From Spirochaetia bacterium (GTDB taxonomy: Bacteria > Spirochaetota > Spirochaetia > DSM-16054 > Sediminispirochaetaceae): 64,000 bases of DNA. Positions 50,538 to 59,464 of this stretch are shown one piece after another (positions within the stretch are counted from its first letter, which is position 1; every line of letters starts with the position of its first letter). The notes under the pieces were generated by a model. That model did not search any database, was not told where the DNA came from, and saw nothing but the letters and a program-made list of their open reading frames with translations. The position numbers and the translations under genes are program-made. Location: positions 192,001 through 256,000 of the forward strand of contig JAXHMY010000002.1 of NCBI GenBank assembly GCA_034520965.1, in the 5' to 3' direction.

Positions 50538-51398
50538 ATGAAAGGATTTTTACACCACATCATATGGCTGATGCGCGGGGTTACAGTATTCGCCCTGGTC
50601 GGCCGCAGCGGAACCGGAAAAAGTTTTCGAGCCAAACTGGTAGCCCAAAAGTTCGGCATCGATATGATTATCGATGACGGTTTGGTTATTCGCGACCAAA
50701 AAATTATTGCCGGACGCTCTGCTAAGCGGGAAAAAGTATATTTAACCGCTATAAAAACCGCTTTATTTACAAATGAAAGTCATTGTAAAGAAGTTCGCCA
50801 TACCCTTGATAAGGAAAAGTTTAAGCGAATCCTTATCTTAGGAACCTCGGAAAAAATGGTGCACAAGATTACTCATAGACTAAAGCTCCCTTCTCCCTCA
50901 AAGGTCATTAATATTGAAGAAATTGCCAGTAAGGAAGATATCGAAACGGCTATTCTGAGCCGCAAGAACGAAGGAAAACATGTTATTCCGGTGCCGACAA
51001 TCGAAATACACCGGAATTACCCGCAGTTTGTGTACGACTCTGTCAAGGTATTGCTGAAACGGGGGGTTACTCTTTTACCCAGAAAAGAAAAAGTGTTTGA
51101 AAAAACAGTCGTACAGCCTGAGTTTGGCCGAAAGGGCCGGGTAACCATTTCTGAATCGGCTCTTACCCAGATGGTTCTGCACTGCGTGGATGAATATGAC
51201 GACACAATTGCAATACACAAGATAACGGTAACCCAGGAACCGGGCGGGTATTATCTCTCATTGAATATACATGTACCCTTCGGTGTTCAGCTGTCGGGAA
51301 CCATTCATGCCCTGCGCGATTATATAATAGAAAGCCTCGAACATTACGGAGGTATCCATATTCGTAAGGTCGATATCAAGGTAGACAAGCTCCATTAA
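50538..51398 (+). CDS. P-loop NTPase fused to an Asp23/YloU-like C-terminal domain
   Basis: GRSGTGKSFRA, IIDDGL, AGRSAK, GKHVIPVP, GRVTISE.A. Confidence 0.75.
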   Translation: MKGFLHHIIWLMRGVTVFALVGRSGTGKSFRAKLVAQKFGIDMIIDDGLVIRDQKIIAGRSAKREKVYLTAIKTALFTNESHCKEVRHTLDKEKFKRILILGTSEKMVHKITHRLKLPSPSKVINIEEIASKEDIETAILSRKNEGKHVIPVPTIEIHRNYPQFVYDSVKVLLKRGVTLLPRKEKVFEKTVVQPEFGRKGRVTISESALTQMVLHCVDEYDDTIAIHKITVTQEPGGYYLSLNIHVPFGVQLSGTIHALRDYIIESLEHYGGIHIRKVDIKVDKLH

Positions 51399-51438
51399 AC
51401 TCGATTTTTTGGACATGCCTGCCGATAAACTTTAGTAC

Positions 51439-52689
51439 ATGGGGGTTAAAATTATGAAGAGAATGCATAGATTAGGTATGTGTTGGGTAATTCTGATGCT
51501 GCTGCTGCCGGCAGCACTCGCTTTCAGTCAAGATACGTTTAATTATCGCAGTGACCACTACTCGGTAACTACGCGGGTAAACCAAGAGTTTACCGAAGAT
51601 ACTGCCGTGTTTATGGAAGCCTTTTTCGACCTGTACACCAGTTACCTGCACTTCGATCCAGAACTCTTAGACTACAAACTGAAGGTGCGTATTTTCAATA
51701 GCAAGGCTGAATATGACAAGTTCCTACAGGATGTAATTGGGGAAACCCGCAGCTCCTTTGTATTTTTACATTACCCTGATCCTAAAAAGAGCGAATTGGT
51801 TGCCTATCATCTCGATGATCAAGATGCTTTTAATAAGAAACTCATCCATCACGGTTTTTCACAATACCTCAAATCCTTTGTTCAGAACCCGCCTTTGTGG
51901 CTCCACAAGGGCTTTGCCGTGTATTTTGAAGACAGTACCTACGACCCTGAAATGCAGAAAGCTGTGTTTAATCCAAACCATACATGGCTGCCCTCTTTAC
52001 GACAGAAACTCCGTCAAGACAGCTCTTTATCCAATCCGGAGATCTTTATTCCGGTAAGCTCCCTGCTGTTTTTGGACCAGGAAACTGCTGCACAGAAACT
52101 CGAAGCCTTTTATTCTCAAGTATGGGGAATGGTGCACTTTTTTATTCATAGCGAGAAAAAGTCTTATAACCGGCTTATCTGGGATGCAATTTCCGCTTTG
52201 GAACCTGAAGCCACGCTTCAGCAAAATGAGAGGCGGGTGGTCAATATGGCCTTTGAATGGGTAAATAAAGATACCCTTGTTACCGATTTTATTGGTTTCA
52301 TGCAGGAAGAATTAAAAACATTTCCCGATCTAATTCAGATGGGTATCGATGCGTATGCAAAAGAAGAATACGAAAAAGCTGAAACTGCTTTTACCCAGGC
52401 GCAATCGCTCCGTTCCGACCACTATGTTCCGGACTACTACCTGGGATTAATCGCTTACAATCGGGGAGAGTTCTCGATGGCTGAATATTACTATCTTGCC
52501 TCAGTTAAAAAAGACGGAAATTCAGACCTGCTGTATTACGCATTAGGTGTAAATGCACTTGCCGACAACCGCCTTGATGACAGCAGCTTTTATCTTGAAC
52601 AAGCTGTGGAGAATAAAGGTCCCTATTCCGACAAAGCTGCTGACCTGATTGATGAAGTAGAGAAACGGGCGGAGCACACCGCCATGTAA
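51439..52689 (+). CDS. Secreted TPR protein with a degenerate gluzincin/DUF1570-like domain
   Basis: Signal peptide; LIHHGFSQY and PLWLHKGFAVYFE; C-terminal TPR repeats. Confidence 0.7.
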   Translation: MGVKIMKRMHRLGMCWVILMLLLPAALAFSQDTFNYRSDHYSVTTRVNQEFTEDTAVFMEAFFDLYTSYLHFDPELLDYKLKVRIFNSKAEYDKFLQDVIGETRSSFVFLHYPDPKKSELVAYHLDDQDAFNKKLIHHGFSQYLKSFVQNPPLWLHKGFAVYFEDSTYDPEMQKAVFNPNHTWLPSLRQKLRQDSSLSNPEIFIPVSSLLFLDQETAAQKLEAFYSQVWGMVHFFIHSEKKSYNRLIWDAISALEPEATLQQNERRVVNMAFEWVNKDTLVTDFIGFMQEELKTFPDLIQMGIDAYAKEEYEKAETAFTQAQSLRSDHYVPDYYLGLIAYNRGEFSMAEYYYLASVKKDGNSDLLYYALGVNALADNRLDDSSFYLEQAVENKGPYSDKAADLIDEVEKRAEHTAM

Positions 52690-52691
52690 GC

Positions 52692-53843
52692 CTATTCCCT
52701 ATTTTTTCGGTGATGCGGAAGGTATTTACGGCGGCGCTTCTGTGCAGACGGCACAGGGCGCCGTTTTTTCATTATATGCGGCGGGGTTTGGATTCCCTGT
52801 TCGCGATATAACCACACTACCGCCATCTCCACTTCCTGGTTCAGGGGAGTCAGCGGTTCTATCAAACGTTTTACTTCCTTGAACATATCCTGAAAGAGAA
52901 ACGAGGTATTTTCCCACTCTTCAGGGAAAATGCAGACCCCTTCCACCAAAGCGGCAATCAGCCGTCCTCTGCGTTTTTCCCCTTTCTCTCTCACCCGTTG
53001 GTCAACTTTTTCTATGTTCTCAAAGAACTTATCCCGCTCTCTACTGCTCTTATCTTTCAACAGAGTATCTATTATCGGCAAGAACCGTTCCAGTAAATTA
53101 TATTGGGTCATAGTACGAATTATTTCAGCTGAATACCCAGACTCAATGATTTTAAACATCTCTTCAGTCAACCGTGATGGAGGGCAGCGGTCAAGTTCAA
53201 CCGAGTGTTTTTTAATACTGCGTTGAAGCCGCCATGGGATTTTAAACCCGTGCTGTACGGAATATTTTACCGCCCGTATCATCCTCACCGGATCTTCTAT
53301 AAAAGTTTTATTTAGTGGAATCAATGAGCGCATTCGACGTTTTTTTATATCCCCATATCCTTCGACAAAGTCGAACAGCTCTTGCTGTATGGGATCATAA
53401 TAGAGGGCATTAATGGAAAAATCACGTCGATGTACATCCTCTTCCATAGAACCGAATATATTGTTGTTGTATTTTCCGGGTTTATCAGATTCCTCTTCAG
53501 TCTGGGTAGCTCTAAAGGTAGAGACCTCAATTATTTTTCCCGGAAAATGGACATGCACCAACCTGAAGCGACGGCCGATCACCCTGGCGTTACTGAAGAA
53601 TTTTTTTATCTCGTTTGGTTTTGCATCGGTAACTATATCGAAGTCCTTTGGAAATCGATCGATCAGCAGATCCCGCACAGCACCTCCGACCAAATAGGCT
53701 GAAAACCCCTTGTCGTTCAAGCGCTTGATCACTTTTACCGCATCCTTATCTACCCTGTTTACATCGATCTTATGCTCGTGGGCCGCATAAATTTTAGCTA
53801 CCTGTTTAGCCTTATTTCCGTGTGCTCCGTATCTTACTCTCAA
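52692..53843 (-). CDS. pcnB: Poly(A) polymerase (PcnB-type nucleotidyltransferase)
   Basis: VGGAVRD, PKDFD, PAP-specific IGRRFRLVHV, EVSTFR, RRDFSIN, EDPVRMIRA; start probably TTG 53843. Confidence 0.92.
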   Translation of the reverse strand: MRVRYGAHGNKAKQVAKIYAAHEHKIDVNRVDKDAVKVIKRLNDKGFSAYLVGGAVRDLLIDRFPKDFDIVTDAKPNEIKKFFSNARVIGRRFRLVHVHFPGKIIEVSTFRATQTEEESDKPGKYNNNIFGSMEEDVHRRDFSINALYYDPIQQELFDFVEGYGDIKKRRMRSLIPLNKTFIEDPVRMIRAVKYSVQHGFKIPWRLQRSIKKHSVELDRCPPSRLTEEMFKIIESGYSAEIIRTMTQYNLLERFLPIIDTLLKDKSSRERDKFFENIEKVDQRVREKGEKRRGRLIAALVEGVCIFPEEWENTSFLFQDMFKEVKRLIEPLTPLNQEVEMAVVWLYREQGIQTPPHIMKKRRPVPSAQKRRRKYLPHHRKNRE

Positions 53844-53912
53844 ATTAAACTCGCTTGATGAATGTATATCTTTTAGTCTACTATATATTAGGGACTTGTT
53901 CCTAATTTTGCA

Positions 53913-53975
53913 ATAGTTTCGATTGCTGTTCTGCGGCAATCGAAACTATGAAAATAGCCATATACGGCTATTTTC
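53913..53975. repeat. Two adjacent inverted repeats in the pcnB/hisS divergent intergenic region
   Basis: ATAGTTTCGATTGC/GCAATCGAAACTAT (14 bp) and GAAAATAGCC/GGCTATTTTC (10 bp). Confidence 0.8.
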
Positions 53976-54009
53976 TGAATAGGGATAGCCGAACACTAAG
54001 GAGTAAGCA

Positions 54010-55320
54010 ATGTTGATTGAGCCCAAAATACTGAAAGGCTTTCGTGATTTCCTGCCGCTGGAAGCGGCCGCCCGTAAGGATATTCAGCACACTTTAGAAA
54101 AAATATTTGAGTCTTTTGGTTTTCAACCAATCGATACCCCTGTCCTGGAATACACCGAAGTTCTGCTGGGCAAAGGCGGCGGGGAGACCGACAAGCAGAT
54201 GTACCGTTTTCGCGACCAAGGAAACCGCGACGTTGCCATGCGTTTTGATCTGACGGTACCCTTTGCCAGATTTATGGCACGCAATGAGAATGACCTCATT
54301 ATACCCTTCAAACGGTACCACATCGATAAAGTATGGCGGGAGAACACCCAACGCGGCAGGTACCGCGAATTTACCCAATGCGATTTTGATATTGTCGGAA
54401 CCGACAGTTTTTCCGCGGACTTCGAAATATTGCTGATGATGTACCGTTCCTTCGAAGCACTCGGCATCAGTGATATCACCATCAAACTGAATCACCGGGG
54501 CATCTTTAACCGCTTTTTAGAGCTCGAGGGTATACAGGAAAAATCAACTGAGATTATGCGCTCCATCGATAAACTGAGTAAGCTCGGACCGGCCAAGGTG
54601 CGGGAACTGCTTGAAGCTGAGATCGGATTACAAGCGGCCGAAAAGATACTGACCTATATCCAGCCGAAGGACAATTTCTTAGATACCCTGGCTATGATTA
54701 CCGAACTATCGGGCGGTGAAAACGATGAAAGTCTCAGAATGAAAAACCTCTATGAGGGGTTTCAAAGGCTTGGGATTCAGGACCGCTTTTTTCTGGACTC
54801 TTCAATCATGCGCGGCCTGGATTATTACACCGGAATCGTGTACGAAACCTTTTTTGATAAGCTGCCGGAGATAGGCTCGGTCTGTTCCGGTGGACGCTAC
54901 AACGATCTGGCCTCGCTGTATACAAAAACCCATCTTCCTGGTGTCGGTTCATCAATCGGGCTGGATAGGTTAATGGCAGCCCTTGAAGAACTTGGCCGAG
55001 CAGGTTCTTCAGCAGGCTCGGCAGATATCGGTGTATTCTGCCTTGATGAAAAACTTAGTGCGTACTATCACTCTCTGGCTGAACAATTTCGCCGTGAGGG
55101 ATTGAAGTGTGATGTGTTCTATGAACAGCAGAAATTGGGGCGTCAGTTTAAAACGGCTGAAAAGAAGGGTATTCCAATTGCCCTTATTTGCGGTGAAGAT
55201 GAACAAGCTAACTCTACCGTTTCCATGAAGGACCTGACTACGCGGGAAGCCTACAATCAAATCAACCTTCAGGAAGCCATCTCCACTGCCCGGGAAATTG
55301 TAGAACGAATTAACAGCTAA
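54010..55320 (+). CDS. hisS: Histidine--tRNA ligase
   Basis: KGFRDF, RFDLTVP, GRYREFTQCDFD, RGLDYYTG, GGRYN, SIGLDR. Confidence 0.97.
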   Translation: MLIEPKILKGFRDFLPLEAAARKDIQHTLEKIFESFGFQPIDTPVLEYTEVLLGKGGGETDKQMYRFRDQGNRDVAMRFDLTVPFARFMARNENDLIIPFKRYHIDKVWRENTQRGRYREFTQCDFDIVGTDSFSADFEILLMMYRSFEALGISDITIKLNHRGIFNRFLELEGIQEKSTEIMRSIDKLSKLGPAKVRELLEAEIGLQAAEKILTYIQPKDNFLDTLAMITELSGGENDESLRMKNLYEGFQRLGIQDRFFLDSSIMRGLDYYTGIVYETFFDKLPEIGSVCSGGRYNDLASLYTKTHLPGVGSSIGLDRLMAALEELGRAGSSAGSADIGVFCLDEKLSAYYHSLAEQFRREGLKCDVFYEQQKLGRQFKTAEKKGIPIALICGEDEQANSTVSMKDLTTREAYNQINLQEAISTAREIVERINS

Positions 55321-55337
55321 GGAGCACCAGATATTAT

Positions 55338-57893
55338 ATGCGTCCTGAAGAACTTCCGGTATACCAGCAGCGTGATAAGATTTTAAGAGAAATCGAACAG
55401 AACCAGGTAGTGGTGGTTGAAAGCCCCACGGGCTCCGGAAAAACCACACAACTGCCGCTGATTCTCTACCAAGCCGGGTACGGGCAGACCGGTAGAATCG
55501 GAGTTACCCAGCCTCGGCGGATAGCCGCTGTATCGGTCAGTGAGTACATTGCTACCCAGATCAACGACCGTGTTCCCGGTATAGTCGGCTATAAAATGCG
55601 TTTTGAAGATCAGACCATACCCGAAACCAGAATTAAAATCATGACCGACGGTATCCTGCTGCAGGAACTGAAGGCCGATAATATGCTTACCGCTTATTCG
55701 GTAATTATGGTCGATGAGGCCCATGAGCGCAGCCTGAATATCGATTTTATACTCGGTTTGTTAAAGCAGATCATCGATGCCCGGCCCGAGTTCAAAGTGA
55801 TAATTTCTTCGGCTACCATCAATGCCGAAATTTTTTCAACCTATTTCAACGGCTGTCCAATTGTACATATTGAAACTCAGATGTATCCGGTGCAGATTAT
55901 CTACGACGCCCCCTCACAGGTTTCCAAGGAAGATGCCCTGCAGGAGAAAATTCAGGCGATCGTGGAGCGTGTCATTCAGAGTGGCCGCAGCGGTGACATT
56001 CTTATCTTTCTCTCCGGCGAGAAACCAATCAAAGAGTGCCTCGCCCGGCTTTCCGGTTGTGCTGTTAACAAGCGGCTGCAGCTGCTTCCGCTTTATGGGC
56101 GCCTTTCGAAGGAAGAACAGGAACGGGTGTTCGACCCTCCCTCCGAGGGGAAATCAAAAGTGGTGATATCCACCAACATAGCCGAGACGAGTGTGACTAT
56201 CGATGGGGTCACTACGGTTATCGACTCCGGTCAGGCAAAGATGAATTACTACAACCCCAGAACATATACCTCATCTCTAATCGAGGGGCCGATTTCTAAG
56301 GCAAGCTGCAATCAGCGTAAGGGACGGGCAGGCCGCACTCAGCCGGGTGTCTGCTACCGTCTGTACTCTAAAAAGGATTTTGACCACCGGGACATGTATA
56401 CTCTGGAGGAGATTTACCGTACCGATCTCTCAGAGGTAGTTTTGCGCATGGCGGAGCTCGGTATTTACGATTTTGAGGACTTTGACTTTATCTCCCCCCC
56501 CGGTGCCGGGGGGATCAAGGGAGCCGTCGAGACCCTGACACTGCTCCAGGCCATCGACCGCAGTCGGGAGCTCACCGAAACCGGCAAGATGATGGTTGAA
56601 TTTCCGCTCATTCCCCGGCATTCACGAATAATTGTAGAGGCAATTCGAAAATACCATGATGTACTGGAAGAGGTATTGATTGCCGCGGCTTTTCTCTCTA
56701 CCCATACTCCCTTTCTGCTGCCCCCTGGGGAGGAAATGGAGGCGCGTCATGCCCATCACCATTTCAGTGATGCCTCTGGGGATTTTGTCAGCTACCTGAA
56801 ACTATTTCGGGCTTATGCAACACAGCGGGATTCTAAGCACCGTGAAAACTTCTGCAGCAGGTACTATCTCGATGTTAAAGTAATGAACGAAATAGTAAAT
56901 ATCAAAGGACAGCTTGCGGAAATTGTATCCGAGATGGGAGTTCCCCTGGCCTCCGGCGGAAGTACCAAGGATTACCTGTGTGCGGTTTCTGCAGGGCTGC
57001 TGCAGTTTGTATGCGAGCGGTCGGGAAAAAGCTCCTACCGCAGCCTTACTGCCGATAAAATCCAAATCCATCCTGGTTCGGTTATGTTTCGTGAAGCCCC
57101 ACCGTACATTGTTGCCGGAGAGATAGTCCGAACCAGTCGGATGTTTGCCCGTTCGGTGTCCCCCTTAAAACGCCAATGGCTGCCGGAGATCTCGGAACGG
57201 CTTGCAGCCGAATTCGGGGGTGCTCAACGGTACGACCGTGGAGCGAAAGAGGGGCTACGGGAACCAAAAGGAAAGGGGCGAAAAGAGAAAAAGGGCACTG
57301 CCGTGGCCTCTCCCCGCGAGGATAACCGTGATACTAGCTGGGAGTTTCACCTGGGCGGAGAGCTGTTTAAGCTGGAACCTTACAAGAAAAACAAAAAAAT
57401 GGCCGTCCTTCCCTGGGAAAAAATAAGGCGGGTGGTCGACCACGCAGCCCCACAGGAACTAAAAACTCATGAAAAGCTGCGGGGAAAGATTGTCTACCAA
57501 AATTATGACATTCATCCCGGAGATCAACTCGGAAGTATTATAAAAATTGTACCCTATATCGATCCAGTGCAGGATATGCGCGAAAAACCGTCCAAGCGTG
57601 GAAGCTTTTCTACAGCCACCGATCTACCGCAGCTGTGCGATGAGTTGGAGAAGATTCTAAAACTCACCCCCAGCCGTAAAAAAAGCAAAACCCTGGGTTT
57701 CTTAACTCTGGATACGGACAGAACCGGCAACTACTGGCTCAAGGTAATCAGAAGCTTTCATACTGCGGTAGACGTAAGTCTTGCCAGTCTAGAGTTATTG
57801 GCGGACGAGCTGAATGAATCTGTCGACAAGCAGCACCTTCAAAAGGTTAACCGGGTGTATAGAAGATTGTCTGAGATTTATGAGAACTACTAA
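55338..57893 (+). CDS. hrpA: DEAH-box ATP-dependent RNA helicase (HrpA-type)
   Basis: PTGSGKTTQ, TQPRR, DEAH, SAT, TNIAETS, QRKGRAGR, HA2/OB region. Confidence 0.92.
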   Translation: MRPEELPVYQQRDKILREIEQNQVVVVESPTGSGKTTQLPLILYQAGYGQTGRIGVTQPRRIAAVSVSEYIATQINDRVPGIVGYKMRFEDQTIPETRIKIMTDGILLQELKADNMLTAYSVIMVDEAHERSLNIDFILGLLKQIIDARPEFKVIISSATINAEIFSTYFNGCPIVHIETQMYPVQIIYDAPSQVSKEDALQEKIQAIVERVIQSGRSGDILIFLSGEKPIKECLARLSGCAVNKRLQLLPLYGRLSKEEQERVFDPPSEGKSKVVISTNIAETSVTIDGVTTVIDSGQAKMNYYNPRTYTSSLIEGPISKASCNQRKGRAGRTQPGVCYRLYSKKDFDHRDMYTLEEIYRTDLSEVVLRMAELGIYDFEDFDFISPPGAGGIKGAVETLTLLQAIDRSRELTETGKMMVEFPLIPRHSRIIVEAIRKYHDVLEEVLIAAAFLSTHTPFLLPPGEEMEARHAHHHFSDASGDFVSYLKLFRAYATQRDSKHRENFCSRYYLDVKVMNEIVNIKGQLAEIVSEMGVPLASGGSTKDYLCAVSAGLLQFVCERSGKSSYRSLTADKIQIHPGSVMFREAPPYIVAGEIVRTSRMFARSVSPLKRQWLPEISERLAAEFGGAQRYDRGAKEGLREPKGKGRKEKKGTAVASPREDNRDTSWEFHLGGELFKLEPYKKNKKMAVLPWEKIRRVVDHAAPQELKTHEKLRGKIVYQNYDIHPGDQLGSIIKIVPYIDPVQDMREKPSKRGSFSTATDLPQLCDELEKILKLTPSRKKSKTLGFLTLDTDRTGNYWLKVIRSFHTAVDVSLASLELLADELNESVDKQHLQKVNRVYRRLSEIYENY

Positions 57894-57901
57894 ATTGGCC
57901 T

Positions 57902-58954
57902 TTAAGCTCTTAGGCTTTGCAGCACAGCTTCGCGGGGCGCAGTTTGATAGCTGGTGCAGCCATGACCGGACTGCAGAATAAACCTCACTTGGCCGTCTTT
58001 CTTCTTTTTGTCCCTCTGCATGGCCGACAGCAGCAGCTCAGCATCCTGCGGCATGGAATCAAGCCTGTACCCATACTTGCGCAGCAGAGCATGTACCTGA
58101 TCGGAATACTCCTGGGAAGTAAGCCCCAAAACCAGTCCTAAATGCATTGCCCGGCCGATACCCCATGCAACCGCCTGGCCGTGGCTCCATTCCCCGAGGC
58201 CACTGATCGATTCCAGGGCGTGGGCAAAGGTATGGCCCAAATTTAGGTGGCCGCGGATATTTTGATCGTAGGGATCCTGCTCTATGTACCACTGTTTTAC
58301 CAGTTGGGATTTAAAAATTATCTCTTCCAGAACATTGTTATCCCTACGATCAATATCGCGCTTGCGATTTTGCAGCAATTCCAACAGGTCGGAATCACGC
58401 AGTAAAGCGTGCTTAATAACCTCGCCTAAGCCGCTGAAGTACTCACTCTCCGGCAGGGATTGCAGCACTTCAGGAAACACACGTATTTCATAGGCCGGAT
58501 GAAAAGTCCCCAGAATATTCTTATAGCCCTGGAAGTCGATTCCGGTTTTTCCTCCTAGGGCCGCATCGACCATTGCCAGCAGGGTCGTTGGAACCAGAAT
58601 AACCGGACCGCCGCGCATATACATCGAAGAGAGGAATGCGGTAATATCACATACTACTCCACCGCCGACTGCAATAAAAGTCGTCTCACGAGTGGCCCCC
58701 TGTGATAAAGCCCATTCGGCAATCTTCAACAGGCTATCTGAACTCTTGAACTGTTCCCCCGCCGGTAACACATAGTAAGGGTATTGGGTAGGAGGAAATA
58801 GATTTTGCGTATTTTCATCAAAAATTAGTACAGCGGCGGGACTGTCGTTCCGGTCAAAACCGCTCCCCTTATTCAGAGTATCATAGGAGCGCAATGTATT
58901 GGGAAACAGTACTCGAGACGATTTATGTTCTAAACGTATCGAAAAACTTTTCAT
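57902..58954 (-). CDS. aroB: 3-dehydroquinate synthase
   Basis: GE..K, GGGVVCD, PTTLLAMVDA.GGKTG, KN..G.F, EVIKH, LNLGHT.AHALE, HG.AV, DKK. Confidence 0.95.
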   Translation of the reverse strand: MKSFSIRLEHKSSRVLFPNTLRSYDTLNKGSGFDRNDSPAAVLIFDENTQNLFPPTQYPYYVLPAGEQFKSSDSLLKIAEWALSQGATRETTFIAVGGGVVCDITAFLSSMYMRGGPVILVPTTLLAMVDAALGGKTGIDFQGYKNILGTFHPAYEIRVFPEVLQSLPESEYFSGLGEVIKHALLRDSDLLELLQNRKRDIDRRDNNVLEEIIFKSQLVKQWYIEQDPYDQNIRGHLNLGHTFAHALESISGLGEWSHGQAVAWGIGRAMHLGLVLGLTSQEYSDQVHALLRKYGYRLDSMPQDAELLLSAMQRDKKKKDGQVRFILQSGHGCTSYQTAPREAVLQSLRA

Positions 58955-58965
58955 CCTAAGGGTGA

Positions 58966-59253
58966 TTATTCACCTAAGTTGCGAACGATCGTACGTATAA
59001 AAGGATCAATTATCGAATAGTAACGTTTATTTCCCTGAACTTCAGAGGCAACAATACCTTTATCCTTAAGAACGGCAAGATGTTGTGATACCACCGGCTG
59101 CGACTGGTTAAGCAGGCGCCACAACTCGCTTACACAGGCTTCCTCTTGCTCAATTAAACAGAGAAGCTTTAGTCGTACAGGATGTCCACACACCTTCAGT
59201 CTTTCGGCGTATGTTTCAATCATTGCATCTGAACAGCATGTATTTTCTACCAT
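58966..59253 (-). CDS. ArsR/SmtB family transcriptional regulator
   Basis: GHPVRLKLL, CVSEL, SQP.VSQHL.VLK..GIV, G..RYY; start uncertain (59253 or 59223). Confidence 0.88.
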   Translation of the reverse strand: MVENTCCSDAMIETYAERLKVCGHPVRLKLLCLIEQEEACVSELWRLLNQSQPVVSQHLAVLKDKGIVASEVQGNKRYYSIIDPFIRTIVRNLGE

Positions 59254-59464
59254 ATTGCAATTAGAGTACACGGAATATGTTTTTTTTTCAAGCACTATTA
59301 TATAAAAAATGCACGATTCAAAAGAGAGAATTTTAAAATTACCAGATTTTTGAAGGTACCCAGGGTTTTAGCCTTTTACTGCACTCATAGGCGGGCCGCT
59401 ATAGGCAGTCAGATTAGCTTGCACGCTTGCAAGAGAAGAGCTTATTGTTTTACTATATTCATCT

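Noticed and set aside
53844..53939. N-terminal extension of pcnB in the ORF track
   Set aside because: It runs through promoter-like and hairpin sequence; TTG at 53843 is the more plausible start.
56493..56515. C8 and G6 runs in hrpA as a phase-variation site
   Set aside because: The frame is intact and encodes a plausible SPPGAGG segment of a conserved gene.
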